Source of the DNA: an uncultured Thermoleophilia bacterium
Lineage (GTDB): Bacteria > Actinomycetota > Thermoleophilia > UBA2241
Reading direction: 5' to 3'
Assembly: GCA_963762125.1 (NCBI GenBank)
Contig: CAVXJO010000017.1
Location: 302,329-366,328 of the forward strand
Length of the DNA stretch: 64,000 bases
The notes below the pieces were generated by a model. That model had not been told where the DNA came from, ran no database searches, and was given only the letters and a program-made list of their open reading frames with translations. The stretch's first letter is position 1; each line of letters begins with the position of its first letter. Shown here one piece after another: positions 20,628-30,851 of the stretch. Both the position numbers and the translations under genes were made by a program.

Positions 20628-21515
20628 TCAGGCCGCGGCGGTCTTGCCGGCGCGGCGATCGGCCAGCGCGCGCCGCGCGAACGCGACGATGATGCCGATG
20701 ACCAGGCCGGCGAGGGCGCCGACGGCCACGTTCATCGTCATGCTCGGTCCGCTGGGCGAGTCGGGGATGCCGGCCTCGTGGAGGATGCGCGGCTGCTCGA
20801 CCTGCTTGGCGGTGAGCAGCAGCAGCTCGGTCTTCTGGTTGGACGACGAGAGCGATTCCTTCTCGGTGGCCGCGGCCTGGACGATGGTCAGGTAGGGCGC
20901 GGCGGCGGCGGCCTTCTCGGCGGAGGAGCCGCCGCCCTTGGCGATGCTGGCGATGTTCTTCTCGGCGGTGATGGCGCGCGCTGTGGCGGCCGCGTACTCC
21001 GCCTTTCCCTGCGCCAGCTGCGCCTCGAGCAGCGTGATCTTCGCGCTCGTGCCGGTGTCCAGACGCTCGAGCAGAATGTCGGCGAGCGCGTTGGCGGCCG
21101 CGGCCGCGCGCGCCTTCTTGGTGTCGGTCACGCTGATGACGATGATGTTGACGACGGACGTCGATACCTTGACCGTGGACGAGGGAGTCTCCACGGTGGT
21201 CTCTTTGCGCAGCAGGCTGGTGGAGATGTCCATGCCGATCCGTCCCGCCGCCTCCTCGAGGACGACCTGGGAGGCGAGCAGCTGCACCGCGGCCTTGGCG
21301 TTGGAGTTGAGGCCGGCCATGGGGTTGCCGTTGGCGTCGGTGGTCTGCCCGATGTAGACGGAGGCCGTGGCGGTGTACTCGTTGGGCTGCGCCTTGGCAG
21401 CGACGGCGCCCACGACGACGCCGATGACGATCAGGCCGACGATCACCCACCAGTTGCGGGCGAGCGTGGCGAACCAAGACCCGATGTCGATGGTCGTGCT
21501 CTCGTCGCTGCTCAT
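20628..21515 (-). CDS. Wzz-like polysaccharide chain-length determinant
   Basis: Two TM helices flanking a coiled periplasmic region; YTATASVYIG; Pro-rich PDSPSGP before TM2. Confidence 0.75.
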   Translation of the reverse strand: MSSDESTTIDIGSWFATLARNWWVIVGLIVIGVVVGAVAAKAQPNEYTATASVYIGQTTDANGNPMAGLNSNAKAAVQLLASQVVLEEAAGRIGMDISTSLLRKETTVETPSSTVKVSTSVVNIIVISVTDTKKARAAAAANALADILLERLDTGTSAKITLLEAQLAQGKAEYAAATARAITAEKNIASIAKGGGSSAEKAAAAAPYLTIVQAAATEKESLSSSNQKTELLLLTAKQVEQPRILHEAGIPDSPSGPSMTMNVAVGALAGLVIGIIVAFARRALADRRAGKTAAA

Positions 21516-21602
21516 GCGCTCCTCCGGGGGCGGTGGCTGCTCGCCGTCATCCTACAGCAGGCGGAGGGGGGCGGCGCCCGGCGGCGAAGCCGGCCCGGGC
21601 GC

Positions 21603-22860
21603 TCAACGGCGGCCCCGCCTGTGGTCGGCGCGCACGCGCTCGAGGACCTCGAGGTAGCCGTGCGCGAGCCTGCGGCGGTCGAAGTGCTCCAGGACGTAGC
21701 GGCGGCCGTTCTCGCCCAGCCGCCGTCGCTCGTCGTCGGGGGCGGCGGCGAGGCGCTCGGCCGCCGCCGCCAGCTCCTCGTCGTTGGACGGCTCGAAGGC
21801 GATGCCGCAGTCGGCCTCATCCAGCATCGCCCTGGCGTCTCCTTCGAAGCCGAGCAGGATGGGGCGCTCCATGGCGGCGTCCTCGAAGAACTTGCTCGGC
21901 AGGATCGTGCCGAAAAGGTCGTCCTTGCGGAAGTGCACGAGGCAGGCGTCGCTGCTCGCGAGGTAGGCGGGCAGCTCGGCGCGCGGGACCAGGCCGGTGA
22001 AGACGACGTTCGTGAGGCCCTGCGCGCGCGCCTGCTCCTCGAGCTCTGCGCGCACGGCGCCGTCGCCGACCAGGAGGAAGGCGATGTCGTCACGACCCCT
22101 CTCTTTCAGCCGGCGGGCCGCGCCGAGCGCTACTTCGAGGCCGCTGGCCATGCCGATCGTCCCCGCGAACGTGACGACGAACGCCTCCGGCTGAGAAGCC
22201 GAGCCGCGAGCGGAGCTCCTGGTCGGGCTCGCGCGGCTCAAACAGATCGACGTCGACGCCGTTCGTGATGACCGAGATCTTCGATGGGCCGATGCCCTTG
22301 CGGATCATGTTCATGCGGTAGCCGTCGCCGACGGCGACGATGTGGTCGGCGCCGGCGTAGAGCGCCTGCTCGAGCCTGCCGAGAGCGCGGATGACGTGGC
22401 CCTGCTCGAGCGCTCCGACGGCGACGATGGAGTCCGGCCAGATGTCGCGGATCTCGAGCACGAACGGCGCCCCGTGGGCGCGCGCGACGGGCCAGCCCGC
22501 CCAGCCGGCGAAGAACTGCGGGCTCGTCGCGATGACGACGTCGGCGCGCGGCCGCAGCAGCGGGCCGGCTGCGCCGGCCGCGGCCAAGTAGGAGAGATAG
22601 TTGAGGCCGCGGCGTACACGGCCGCGGTTGGCCGCCAGCCAGGTCCAGACGCGGACGGTGCGCACGCCGTCGATCCATTCCTCCTGGTAGAGCTTGTTCC
22701 TGTAGCCCTCGAAGACGATCCCGGCCGGGACGTTGGGCGCGCAGGTGAGCACCGTGACCCGGTGGCCGAGCCGCGCCCACTCCTTCGCCAGGCCGTGCAC
22801 GCGCGCGGCGGGGGCGTTGTTCTCGGGGGTGAAGTAGTGCGTCAGGAAGAGGATGTGCAC
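21603..22860 (-). CDS. GT4 glycosyltransferase (WbuB-like), frameshift near 22190
   Basis: HYFTPE, IATSPQFF, EIRDIWPDS, TNGVD in one frame; FAGTIG, VGDGA, LPSKFFE in the next. Confidence 0.85.
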
Positions 22861-22909
22861 GCGGCGCGCGCCTCCTTGTCGTCGGGCCGGGGCCGGCTCA
22901 CGCCGGGCA

Positions 22910-23953
22910 TCACTCGTCCCAGAAGACTTGGTCGTAGTAGCGCACCGAGCGCCGGCTGGTGCGCACCCGCGCCTGGATCCCGGCGACGTCGTCCTTCGTC
23001 AGCTCGCCGAGCGTGTACTTGATCCCGAGGTACGGGATGATGAAATCCTCCTGGTACACGAACGTACTGACGCGCGGGTTGATCTCGAGCAGTCTGCCGC
23101 CGATCCACTGCACGCTCTGGTAGTAGTCCAGGTCCAGGTGGCGGACGACCTCGCGCGTGAGCTGCACGAGCTCCGGACGGTCGATGGTCTTGAACGCCAT
23201 GGCGAGGCCGGTGAGGAACTCCTCGCGCGTGCGTGTCTGGTGGAAGACGACCTCGCCCTTGTCGGCGAAAAGGTCGACGGTGATCTCGGGTGCGTCGACG
23301 TACTCCATGAGCATGAGGTCCGGAAAGGGCTCGTAGCCGGTGAAGAGGTCGACGAAGTCGTCGAGCGTCAGGTAGCGGTTGATCGGCTTCTCGTAGAGCA
23401 GCTCGTGGACGCGGTCGACGTGTGCGGAGAGGATGCGGAAGCCGCGCGAGCCCTTGGCGACCGGAGGCTTGAAGCACACGGGCACGTCCGGGTAGCCCAG
23501 CTCGCGGGCGCCGGCGACGAACTCCTCGAGGCTCGCCGGCCGCAGCAGCTCCGGCTGCGGCACGGGGATCTCGCTGCAGGCGGCGTGCATGACGGCCTTG
23601 TCGCTGGCGATCTCGATGCCGCGCACGCCGTCGGCGAGCACGCGTGTGCCCAGCGCCTCGAACACAGCGCGGTGGCGCGCGACCGTCTCGATCTCGTGCG
23701 AGGACTGGATGAAGAGCAGGTCCGGGCGCTCGCGCTCGACCACGTCCGCGAGCGCCGGGATGTACTCCGGCGAGGCGCCGGCCGGCACGAGGCTGAACTC
23801 GTCGCACAGGAAGCGCCCGACTGCGTCCGGCCGCATGTCCACGCCGTGGATGACGATCTCGCGCTCGCCGTTGGCCTTGAGTTGGCGGATGAGCGTGCTG
23901 GCTCCGGGGCAGCCGGCGGCGGTGAGCACGAGTTTGAGCGGCGGGAGCGTCAT
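22910..23953 (-). CDS. ATP-grasp protein (carbamoyl-phosphate-synthase/PylC-like)
   Basis: LTAAGCPGA, ASDK, CFKPPVAKGSRGF, MEYV, LLEINPR. Confidence 0.82.
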   Translation of the reverse strand: MTLPPLKLVLTAAGCPGASTLIRQLKANGEREIVIHGVDMRPDAVGRFLCDEFSLVPAGASPEYIPALADVVERERPDLLFIQSSHEIETVARHRAVFEALGTRVLADGVRGIEIASDKAVMHAACSEIPVPQPELLRPASLEEFVAGARELGYPDVPVCFKPPVAKGSRGFRILSAHVDRVHELLYEKPINRYLTLDDFVDLFTGYEPFPDLMLMEYVDAPEITVDLFADKGEVVFHQTRTREEFLTGLAMAFKTIDRPELVQLTREVVRHLDLDYYQSVQWIGGRLLEINPRVSTFVYQEDFIIPYLGIKYTLGELTKDDVAGIQARVRTSRRSVRYYDQVFWDE

Positions 23954-23996
23954 GCGGTCTCTCTGCAGTCGAGGTGGAGCCGGCGGGGACGGGGCG

Positions 23997-24635
23997 CTAG
24001 AGGATCCAGCGGTAGACCTCGAACACCTCGGCGTACTCGCAGCCGATGTTGATGCCACGCGTGAGGGCGACGTTGCGGATGTAGTCCTCGTTCAGGTAGT
24101 TGCGGTGGCCCTGGCTGGCGTAGCAGGCCAGGGCCTGCACCTTCTTCTCGATGTGCCGATCCTCGAGTCGCACGTAGGCCTGCTGCGAGAAGTTGAGGTT
24201 GTTCCACGGGATCTCGTAGGCCATCACCGTAGTGCGCTTGAAGGCGCGTAGGCCCTCCTCGGCGATGGTCTTGTGGTCCTGGTGCAGGTCGATGAGCGCC
24301 GGGAGCAGCACGCAGTCCGGGTCGAGCTCGCGCTGCAGGACGATCATCTCTTCGAGGATGTCCTGGCGCATCGTCGGGAAGGTGCGGACCTCGAAGTCGT
24401 ACACCTTGAGGTCCGCCTCGGCGATGCCGAGCACACCGGTGGCCGCTCGCACCTCGTGTTTGAGCACGTCCTTGGGGAAGCCCTCCGGGACGCTCTTGGC
24501 GGCCGTGCTGAAGGCGGCGTAGGTGACCTTGACGCCATTCTCGATGAGGCGCGCCATGGTGCCGCCACAGCCGAACTCGCCATCGTCGGTGTGCGGCGCC
24601 AGAACGAGCACGTTGTCGAAGCGCTCGATGCTCAC
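23997..24635 (-). CDS. PIG-L/LmbE family N-deacetylase
   Basis: APHTDDGEFGCGG, DLHQDH, YEIPWN. Confidence 0.88.
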   Translation of the reverse strand: MSIERFDNVLVLAPHTDDGEFGCGGTMARLIENGVKVTYAAFSTAAKSVPEGFPKDVLKHEVRAATGVLGIAEADLKVYDFEVRTFPTMRQDILEEMIVLQRELDPDCVLLPALIDLHQDHKTIAEEGLRAFKRTTVMAYEIPWNNLNFSQQAYVRLEDRHIEKKVQALACYASQGHRNYLNEDYIRNVALTRGINIGCEYAEVFEVYRWIL

Positions 24636-25771
24636 GAAAGGTCCTCCCCTGCGGTGAGGCGGTCGTAGAAGTCTACCAAATCGCCCTGCACGGCCTCCCA
24701 GGAGTAACGGCGCTCGACCGCGCGGCGGCCACGAGCGCCCATGCCGGGGAGCGCGGAGCGCTCGGCGAGGAGGCGCCGCAGCCCGCGCAGGTGGCCTTCG
24801 GCGCCCGGCTCTACGGCGAGACCGCACTTCTCGAGGCGCACCAGCTCGCCGCGCCCGGGCATGTCGCTGACCAGCGACGCGAGCCCGACGGTCATGCCTT
24901 CGAGGAGCTTGGTCGGGACCGTCGGGTGGCTGTACTGGCGGTCCGGCTGCGAGGGCACCCAGACTACGTCGGCCGCCGCAAGGTAACGCGGCAGCTGCGG
25001 CGGCGGGATGCGGCCGAGCAGTCTGACGCGGTCGGCGAGGCCACCGGCGAGGCGCTCGCGGACCTCCGTCTCGAGCGCCGGATCGTTGAAGGTGCCCCCG
25101 AGGTACAGGACTGCCTCGTGCGGCTGGACCTGCTCCATGACGTCGAGCATGAGCGTGCAGCCGCGCGCGCGGGAGAGGCTGCCGACGTAGATGAGCTTGA
25201 GGCGCGGGTCGGCGGCGAGCTCGGGCACCGGCTCGGCGCCCTCGAAGCGCTCTACGCGAGGGTAGTTGGGCAGCACGAGGCGGAGCTTGGGCGTGCTGCC
25301 CAGCGCCGCCAGCTGGTCCTCGGTGACGACCACGACTCCGGAGCCCAGCGCCGCGAGGCTCCTCTGGGCGATAGCGGTGGTCTGCGACGCGACCGGTCTG
25401 ACCGCGGGCGGGATGTACGGCTTGCCGGCCACGGCCTCAGGCACGTACTCGTGCATGTCGTACACGAGCTTCGGCACGATCGCCTTGGCCGCGGGGAACA
25501 GCGTCAGCAGTTCGGGGTCGTGCACGTGCAGGACGTCCGGCTTGAGCGTGCGCAGCGCCTTGGCGATCTGGACGGAGCTCAGGAAGCGTGTGCTGCGGCC
25601 ACGCTCCGGCAGCGGCGCCAGGATCACGCCGGCGTCGTCGCGGCCCGGATCTGCGCCGGGGACCATGTACATGACCTCGTAGCCGGCCTCCGCCAGCGTG
25701 CGACACTCGCGCTCGTGGATGCGCGGATCGTCGGGCTTGTGGACGACGCTGAGGTGAAGGACCCGGGTCAT
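24632..25771 (-). CDS. GT4 glycosyltransferase
   Basis: HKPDDPRIHEREC, HVHDPEL, YDMHE, YVGSLSRARG, PTKLLEGM. Confidence 0.87.
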   Translation of the reverse strand: MTRVLHLSVVHKPDDPRIHERECRTLAEAGYEVMYMVPGADPGRDDAGVILAPLPERGRSTRFLSSVQIAKALRTLKPDVLHVHDPELLTLFPAAKAIVPKLVYDMHEYVPEAVAGKPYIPPAVRPVASQTTAIAQRSLAALGSGVVVVTEDQLAALGSTPKLRLVLPNYPRVERFEGAEPVPELAADPRLKLIYVGSLSRARGCTLMLDVMEQVQPHEAVLYLGGTFNDPALETEVRERLAGGLADRVRLLGRIPPPQLPRYLAAADVVWVPSQPDRQYSHPTVPTKLLEGMTVGLASLVSDMPGRGELVRLEKCGLAVEPGAEGHLRGLRRLLAERSALPGMGARGRRAVERRYSWEAVQGDLVDFYDRLTAGEDLS

Positions 25772-27237
25772 GCCGTCGCTTCCTTCCAGCGGGCGACGAC
25801 GTCTGCGGCGCTGCTGCACCAGGCGCCGTGCGCCAGCGCCTGGTCGAGCAGGCGCCAGTAGACCTTGTCGTAGCCGCGCGAGACGCGCTTGTCGAAGCGG
25901 TTGTTGTGCCAGAGCAGGCTGACCGCGCCGCCGCTGCGCAGGGCGCGGGCGAGCACGGCGGCGGCGGCGCGCTCCGCCCCTGCCGCCTGGAGGCCGCGGT
26001 AGTGCGGCTCCTGCAACGTGCCGTCCATCACGGCGAGCGGCAGTTCGACGAGCTCGAGCGGCCGCTCCTCGTCGAGGGAGTAGGGCCGGAACGGGAACGA
26101 GCAGCCGCAGCGGAAGCCCTCGTGTTCGGCGAATGCCAGGGTCGTGTCGTAGGTGAACCCGGCCTGCTCCAGCATGGGCAGCGTCTCGTGGTAGAGCGCC
26201 CGCAGGTAGTGATAGCGGACGCCGCTCACGGGGCGGCCGGCGCGCGCGGCGAGGTCGTCCCGGTCGAGGGTCACCTCGGCGAGGGCGAGCCGATCGGCGT
26301 CGTTGCCGTGCAGGCCGATCTCGCGCCCCGCTGCGCTGACGAGCTCGAGCGCCTCCGGGACCTTGCGCCGGTACGTCTCCGGCTGGTTGCCGTCCTGCTT
26401 GTGCGTGTGCCGGGCGATCACGTAGAAGGTCGAGGAGACGCCGCGCACGTCCTCGCCGCTCAAGAGCTGCGGGAAAGTCCAGAAGGGGTCGCTGCGCCGC
26501 GGGAGGTGGCGGACGAGCCAGTCGGCGCCGTCGCCCAGCTCGCGGCTCACGCCACGAGCGTCCAGGTGCCGGGCGGCGCGCAGCGTGCGGTAGCCCGAAG
26601 CGGCGAACCCGCGCCGCGTCCAGCGCCAGAGGTTGTCGAGATCGTGGGTGAGCGCGATCGCGAAGCGGCCGCGCGCTCCCCAGAGGCTCCCGGCGGCCGG
26701 GAGCGGGTCGAGGCCGAGCTCGGCGAGGCGCGGCGCCAGGGCGCCGCGCAGGAGCTCGGCGTAGCGGTCCACGGCCGGCTCGTCGATCTTCAGCTCGGGG
26801 TTCGCGGCGAAGACGCTCGCCGCGAAGGGCAGCCGACCGTACTTGTCGCGCTCGGCGGTCGTGCGCTCGTCCCAGCAGGCGAGCAGAGCGAACGCCGAGG
26901 CGACGAGGTCGAAGGGGACGGCGAAGCCGGCGCCGGGGTCGGCGGGCCAAGCGGCGACGACGGCGCCGTCGCCGCTCTCGTGCGCCGCGAAGGCGCCGGC
27001 CGGCAGCGGTCGCCCCGCGGCGATGAGCTCCATGGCGCCGACGTCGCAGGGGATCGTCGGTACGCCTGCGACCGGCTCGGCGGAGTACGCCAGTGCGGCT
27101 TCGCTCGCTTGGGCCGGGTCGCGGGTCGCGGCCGCCCGGCGGCCGAGCGGCGCCAGCAGCGTCTGCAGCACCCAGTCGGCGCGCGGCGCGAACGCGTGCG
27201 GCGCACCGATGAAGACAGTCAGCTCGGGTGTCGTCAC
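25768..27237 (-). CDS. CE4-type polysaccharide deacetylase with N-terminal extra domain
   Basis: LTHDLD, STFYVI, EIGLHG, RYHYLR, YDTT, GFRCG, ELPLAVMD, LWHN. Confidence 0.82.
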   Translation of the reverse strand: MTTPELTVFIGAPHAFAPRADWVLQTLLAPLGRRAAATRDPAQASEAALAYSAEPVAGVPTIPCDVGAMELIAAGRPLPAGAFAAHESGDGAVVAAWPADPGAGFAVPFDLVASAFALLACWDERTTAERDKYGRLPFAASVFAANPELKIDEPAVDRYAELLRGALAPRLAELGLDPLPAAGSLWGARGRFAIALTHDLDNLWRWTRRGFAASGYRTLRAARHLDARGVSRELGDGADWLVRHLPRRSDPFWTFPQLLSGEDVRGVSSTFYVIARHTHKQDGNQPETYRRKVPEALELVSAAGREIGLHGNDADRLALAEVTLDRDDLAARAGRPVSGVRYHYLRALYHETLPMLEQAGFTYDTTLAFAEHEGFRCGCSFPFRPYSLDEERPLELVELPLAVMDGTLQEPHYRGLQAAGAERAAAAVLARALRSGGAVSLLWHNNRFDKRVSRGYDKVYWRLLDQALAHGAWCSSAADVVARWKEATA

Positions 27238-28448
27238 ACTTCGGCCCTCGCCCGCGGCGCCCGCGTCAGGACCTGCCGGGCGACCGTGCCGGCGTTCAGC
27301 AGGCCGGGCAGCGGGTCGTCGAGCGCGTGCAGGCCGTCCATGCGCGTGCCGCGCAGCGAGCGCAGGTACTCGAGCGCGCTGCGCCGGCGCTGGGCGATCT
27401 CGAACAGCGCCAGCGGCACGTCCTTGTTGGCCACGATCCACTTGACGCCGTCCTGCTGGCGGCGCGCGATGTAGGGGTCGCCGATGGCGTCGCGATAGGC
27501 GGCGAAGGAAAGGTTGACCCCGCAGCGCGCGGCCAGCCCGTGCCACTTCCAGTGGCGGGCATTGACCTCCATGAGGCAGAAGCGCCCGTCGCGCGGGTCG
27601 CGCTTGAACTCCACCTGGCTGACGCCGTGGAAGCGCAGCTCCTGCAGCAGCCGCAGGGCCGCGTCCGCGAGCCTGTCGTCCCAGTGGCTCACGCCGGCGA
27701 GGCAGCTGCCGCCGGCGTGCGGGTACTGACGCAGCTTGTGGCCGGTGAAGACGGCCAGCGGCCGCGACTCGGCATCGAGGTAGGAACCGACGGTCCAGAG
27801 TTCGTCCTCTCCGCCCGGGATGCGCTCCTGCAACATGAGCAGGCCGAGGTCGTCGACCTTGTCGTAGATGCGCCGCAGTTCGGCCGGGGTCTCGACGTCG
27901 AGGATGTGGCGGTGGAAGCGGAGCTTGAACGCCAGCGACTCGACCGGCTTGAGCACAGCCGGGAAGCGGATCTCGCCGGCGGCGGCCTCGAGCTCCGCGC
28001 CGGAGCTGACGAACATGGTCTTCGGCGTGTCGACCCCGGCGCTCCAGGCTGCCTCCATCTGGGCGCGCTTGTCGTGCACCTTGGCCATCACGTCCCAGCG
28101 GGCGAAAGGTACGATGAACCACGGTTCGAGCCGTTCCGCGTGGCGCGACAGCGGCCAGATGAACTCGTCGTGGCTGGGGAAGACGACGGCGCGCTGCGGC
28201 AGCCGGGCGCCGAGGGTCTCGAGCGAGGTGAGGAACGCCTCCTCGTCGGCGAGCGGACTGGGGCAGACGCGTCCGGCGGCGTAGCGCGAGCGTAGCCCGA
28301 TCGCCGCCGGGTCCGGGTCGAGCGCGAGCATCGGGACGCCGTGCCGCCCGAGGTCGCGCAGGACGTCGAGGCCGCAGGCGTAGCTGACCTGGAAGACGGC
28401 GGCGGGAGGCTTGGACGCCGCCGCCGTCAGGAACCGTCCGAGCTTCAC
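27234..28448 (-). CDS. ATP-grasp carboxylate-amine ligase (D-aspartate-ligase-like), copy 2
   Basis: DKRAQM, VLKP, LQERIPG, GHKLRQYP, SQVEFKRDPRDG, MEVNAR. Confidence 0.85.
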   Translation of the reverse strand: MKLGRFLTAAASKPPAAVFQVSYACGLDVLRDLGRHGVPMLALDPDPAAIGLRSRYAAGRVCPSPLADEEAFLTSLETLGARLPQRAVVFPSHDEFIWPLSRHAERLEPWFIVPFARWDVMAKVHDKRAQMEAAWSAGVDTPKTMFVSSGAELEAAAGEIRFPAVLKPVESLAFKLRFHRHILDVETPAELRRIYDKVDDLGLLMLQERIPGGEDELWTVGSYLDAESRPLAVFTGHKLRQYPHAGGSCLAGVSHWDDRLADAALRLLQELRFHGVSQVEFKRDPRDGRFCLMEVNARHWKWHGLAARCGVNLSFAAYRDAIGDPYIARRQQDGVKWIVANKDVPLALFEIAQRRRSALEYLRSLRGTRMDGLHALDDPLPGLLNAGTVARQVLTRAPRARAEV

Positions 28449-29665
28449 AGAGTCTCCCCCTCGGCCGCCTTGCCGCCGCGCGTGACGATGTTCCGCAGCT
28501 GACGCGCGGTGAGCAGCGCGCCGGGGAACGGGTCGCGCAAGGAGTACAGGCCGTCGACACGCACGCCGCGGTAGCTCTTGAGCCACGGCCAGAGCCTCTC
28601 GTCGCCCCTGCGCCAGCGCGAGAACGCGTCGCGCGCGTCGGTGAGCGCGACCACCCATTTGAGGTCGTCGACCTGGCGAGCCGAGAGGTACGGATCGCCG
28701 ATGGCGTCGCGATAGGCGGCGAGCGAGAGGTTGACGCCGCAGGCGGTGGCGAGCGAGTGCCACATCCAGTGGCGCGCGTTGACCTCCATGAGGCGGTAGG
28801 CGCCGTCGCGCGGGTCGCGCTTGAACTCCACCTGGCTGACCCCGTGGTAGCTGAGCTCGTGGAGCAGGCGGAGTCCCGCCTCCGCGAGCTCGGGCACCCA
28901 CTTGCTCACGGCCATGCTGACGTGGCCGAAGCGCGGCGGGTGCTGGCGCAGCTTGTGGCCGGTGAACTGCGCCAGTGGCCGGCTCCGCGCGTCCAGGTAC
29001 GAGCCCAGCGTGTAGAGTTCCTCGTCGCCGCCCGGCACGATGTCCTGCAGCATCAGCGTGCCGCAGTCGTCCACCTTGGCGTAGACCTCGCGCAGTTCCT
29101 CCGCGGAGCCGATCTCGAGCACGTGCCGGCGGAAGCGCGTCTTGAACGCCAGGGATTCGACCGGCTTGAAGATGCAGGGGAAGCCGACCTCTTCCACGCC
29201 GCGCTCGAGGTCCTGGGCGGAGTCGACGAAGACCGTCTTCGGCGTGTCCACGCCCACGCGCCAGGCCGCCTCCATCTGGGCGCGCTTGTCGTGCAGTCGC
29301 CGCATCGTCTCCCAGCGCGAGAACGGGATGAAGTAGTAGGGCTCGAGACGGGCGGCGTGCCGGGAGATCGGCCAGATGTACTGGTCGTGGGTCGGGAAGA
29401 GGACGCCCTTGCGCGGCAGGCGCCGGCCGAGGTCCTCGAGGAACGAGACGAAGGCCTCCTCGTCCTGTCGCGGGTCGGGGCACACCATGCCGGCGGCGAG
29501 CCGGGATCGCAGCCCGAGGGCGCGACTGTTCGAGTCCAGCGCGAGCAGCGGCACGCCCTCGGCCGAGAGGTCGCGGATGATGTCGAGGCCGTTCGCCCAG
29601 GAGACCTGGAAGACGAGCGCCGGGTGGCGCCGGCCGGCTAGCGTGAAGAACGTGTCGAGGCGCAT
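28445..29665 (-). CDS. ATP-grasp carboxylate-amine ligase (D-aspartate-ligase-like), copy 1
   Basis: Same motifs as the adjacent gene: IFKP, LQDIVPG, GHKLRQHP, QVEFKRDPRDG, MEVNAR. Confidence 0.85.
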   Translation of the reverse strand: MRLDTFFTLAGRRHPALVFQVSWANGLDIIRDLSAEGVPLLALDSNSRALGLRSRLAAGMVCPDPRQDEEAFVSFLEDLGRRLPRKGVLFPTHDQYIWPISRHAARLEPYYFIPFSRWETMRRLHDKRAQMEAAWRVGVDTPKTVFVDSAQDLERGVEEVGFPCIFKPVESLAFKTRFRRHVLEIGSAEELREVYAKVDDCGTLMLQDIVPGGDEELYTLGSYLDARSRPLAQFTGHKLRQHPPRFGHVSMAVSKWVPELAEAGLRLLHELSYHGVSQVEFKRDPRDGAYRLMEVNARHWMWHSLATACGVNLSLAAYRDAIGDPYLSARQVDDLKWVVALTDARDAFSRWRRGDERLWPWLKSYRGVRVDGLYSLRDPFPGALLTARQLRNIVTRGGKAAEGETL

Positions 29666-29674
29666 GGCGTCCTT

Positions 29675-30851
29675 TCAGGGTGCGGCGGCGAGGACCCGCT
29701 CGTACACGCCGAGTGTGAGCCTCGCGTTGCGCTCCCAGCTCAGCTCGAGGGCGGCGCCGCGGCCGGCTTCGCCGATCGCCGCCGCCTTCGGAGGATCGTC
29801 CAGCACCCCCGCGATGATACTAGCCAGGGCGTCGGGCGAGCGAACCGGGACGAGGTACCCGCTTACGCCGTCCTCGATGAAGTCCTCGGGTCCCTCGCCC
29901 TTGCCGGCGACGACCGGGGTACCCTGCGCCATCGCCTCGGTGTAGACGAGCCCGAACGCCTCGTCCCAGCTGGGGAGGGCGACCAGCTGCGCGCGCGCCA
30001 TGAGCCCGAGCACGCGTGCGTGCGGCACGCGGCCGAGGAAGTGGACCGTCCCGGCGACGCCCTCCTCCGCGGCCTGCGCCTCGAGGGCGCCGCGGAGTGG
30101 GCCATCGCCGGCCACCGCGAGGTGGACTGTGCGGCCCTCGCGACGCAGCCGTCCGAGGGCCGCTATCAGGTCGCGGATGCCCTTGCGCTCGATCAGGTAG
30201 CCGACGGTCAGGACGAGCGGCTCGCCGGGCAGGTACTCGTCCGCCGGATCCACCATCTCGCCGAGTCCGGTGGTGCCGTTGAGCACGACCGTGAGCTTGT
30301 CCGGCGTCACGACGCCGTCCAGCAGGGCGGCGACGGCGCTTGAGTTGGCCATCACGGCGCCGGCGGCTCCGAGTACCTCCCTGGTCCGGCGTTCCACGGC
30401 GCCCGCCCATGCGGAAGTGCTGGTAGACGTCGGCGCCGTGCACCGTCACCACCCAGGGCACGCGCAGGTCGGCGGCCAGACGCTGCGCGAGCGCGCCGTC
30501 CGGCAGCGCCTGGTGAGCGTGGATGAGGTCCCACTGACCGGCGGTCACGGACGGCAGTGAGCAGACCTTGCGGTATGCGAGGTCGCCGAGGCGGTCGAAG
30601 AGAAGGCGCCTCGGCGGCTGCAGCACGCGCGGGTACTCGGCGCTGATACCGTCGCGGGTCGCCTGCTTGGGCTTCTCGCCGCGGCGGCGCTGGCGCTCGT
30701 TGCGCCAGAGCACCCGCGGCGCCCACGGCGTCGGCGAGATCACGTGCGCCTCAACGCCGAGCTCCCGGAGCGCCAGCAGCTGCTCGTGCACGAAGAGGTG
30801 GCGCTCAACGCCCGGCGAGGGGTACAGGTGCGAGATCACGAGGAGCTTCAC
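29675..30851 (-). CDS. GT4 glycosyltransferase (TuaC-like), frameshift near 30403
   Basis: ISHLYP, FVHEQ, IHAHQALPDG, TVHGAD; then TVGYLIERKG, PSWDEAFGLVYTEAMA. Confidence 0.85.
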
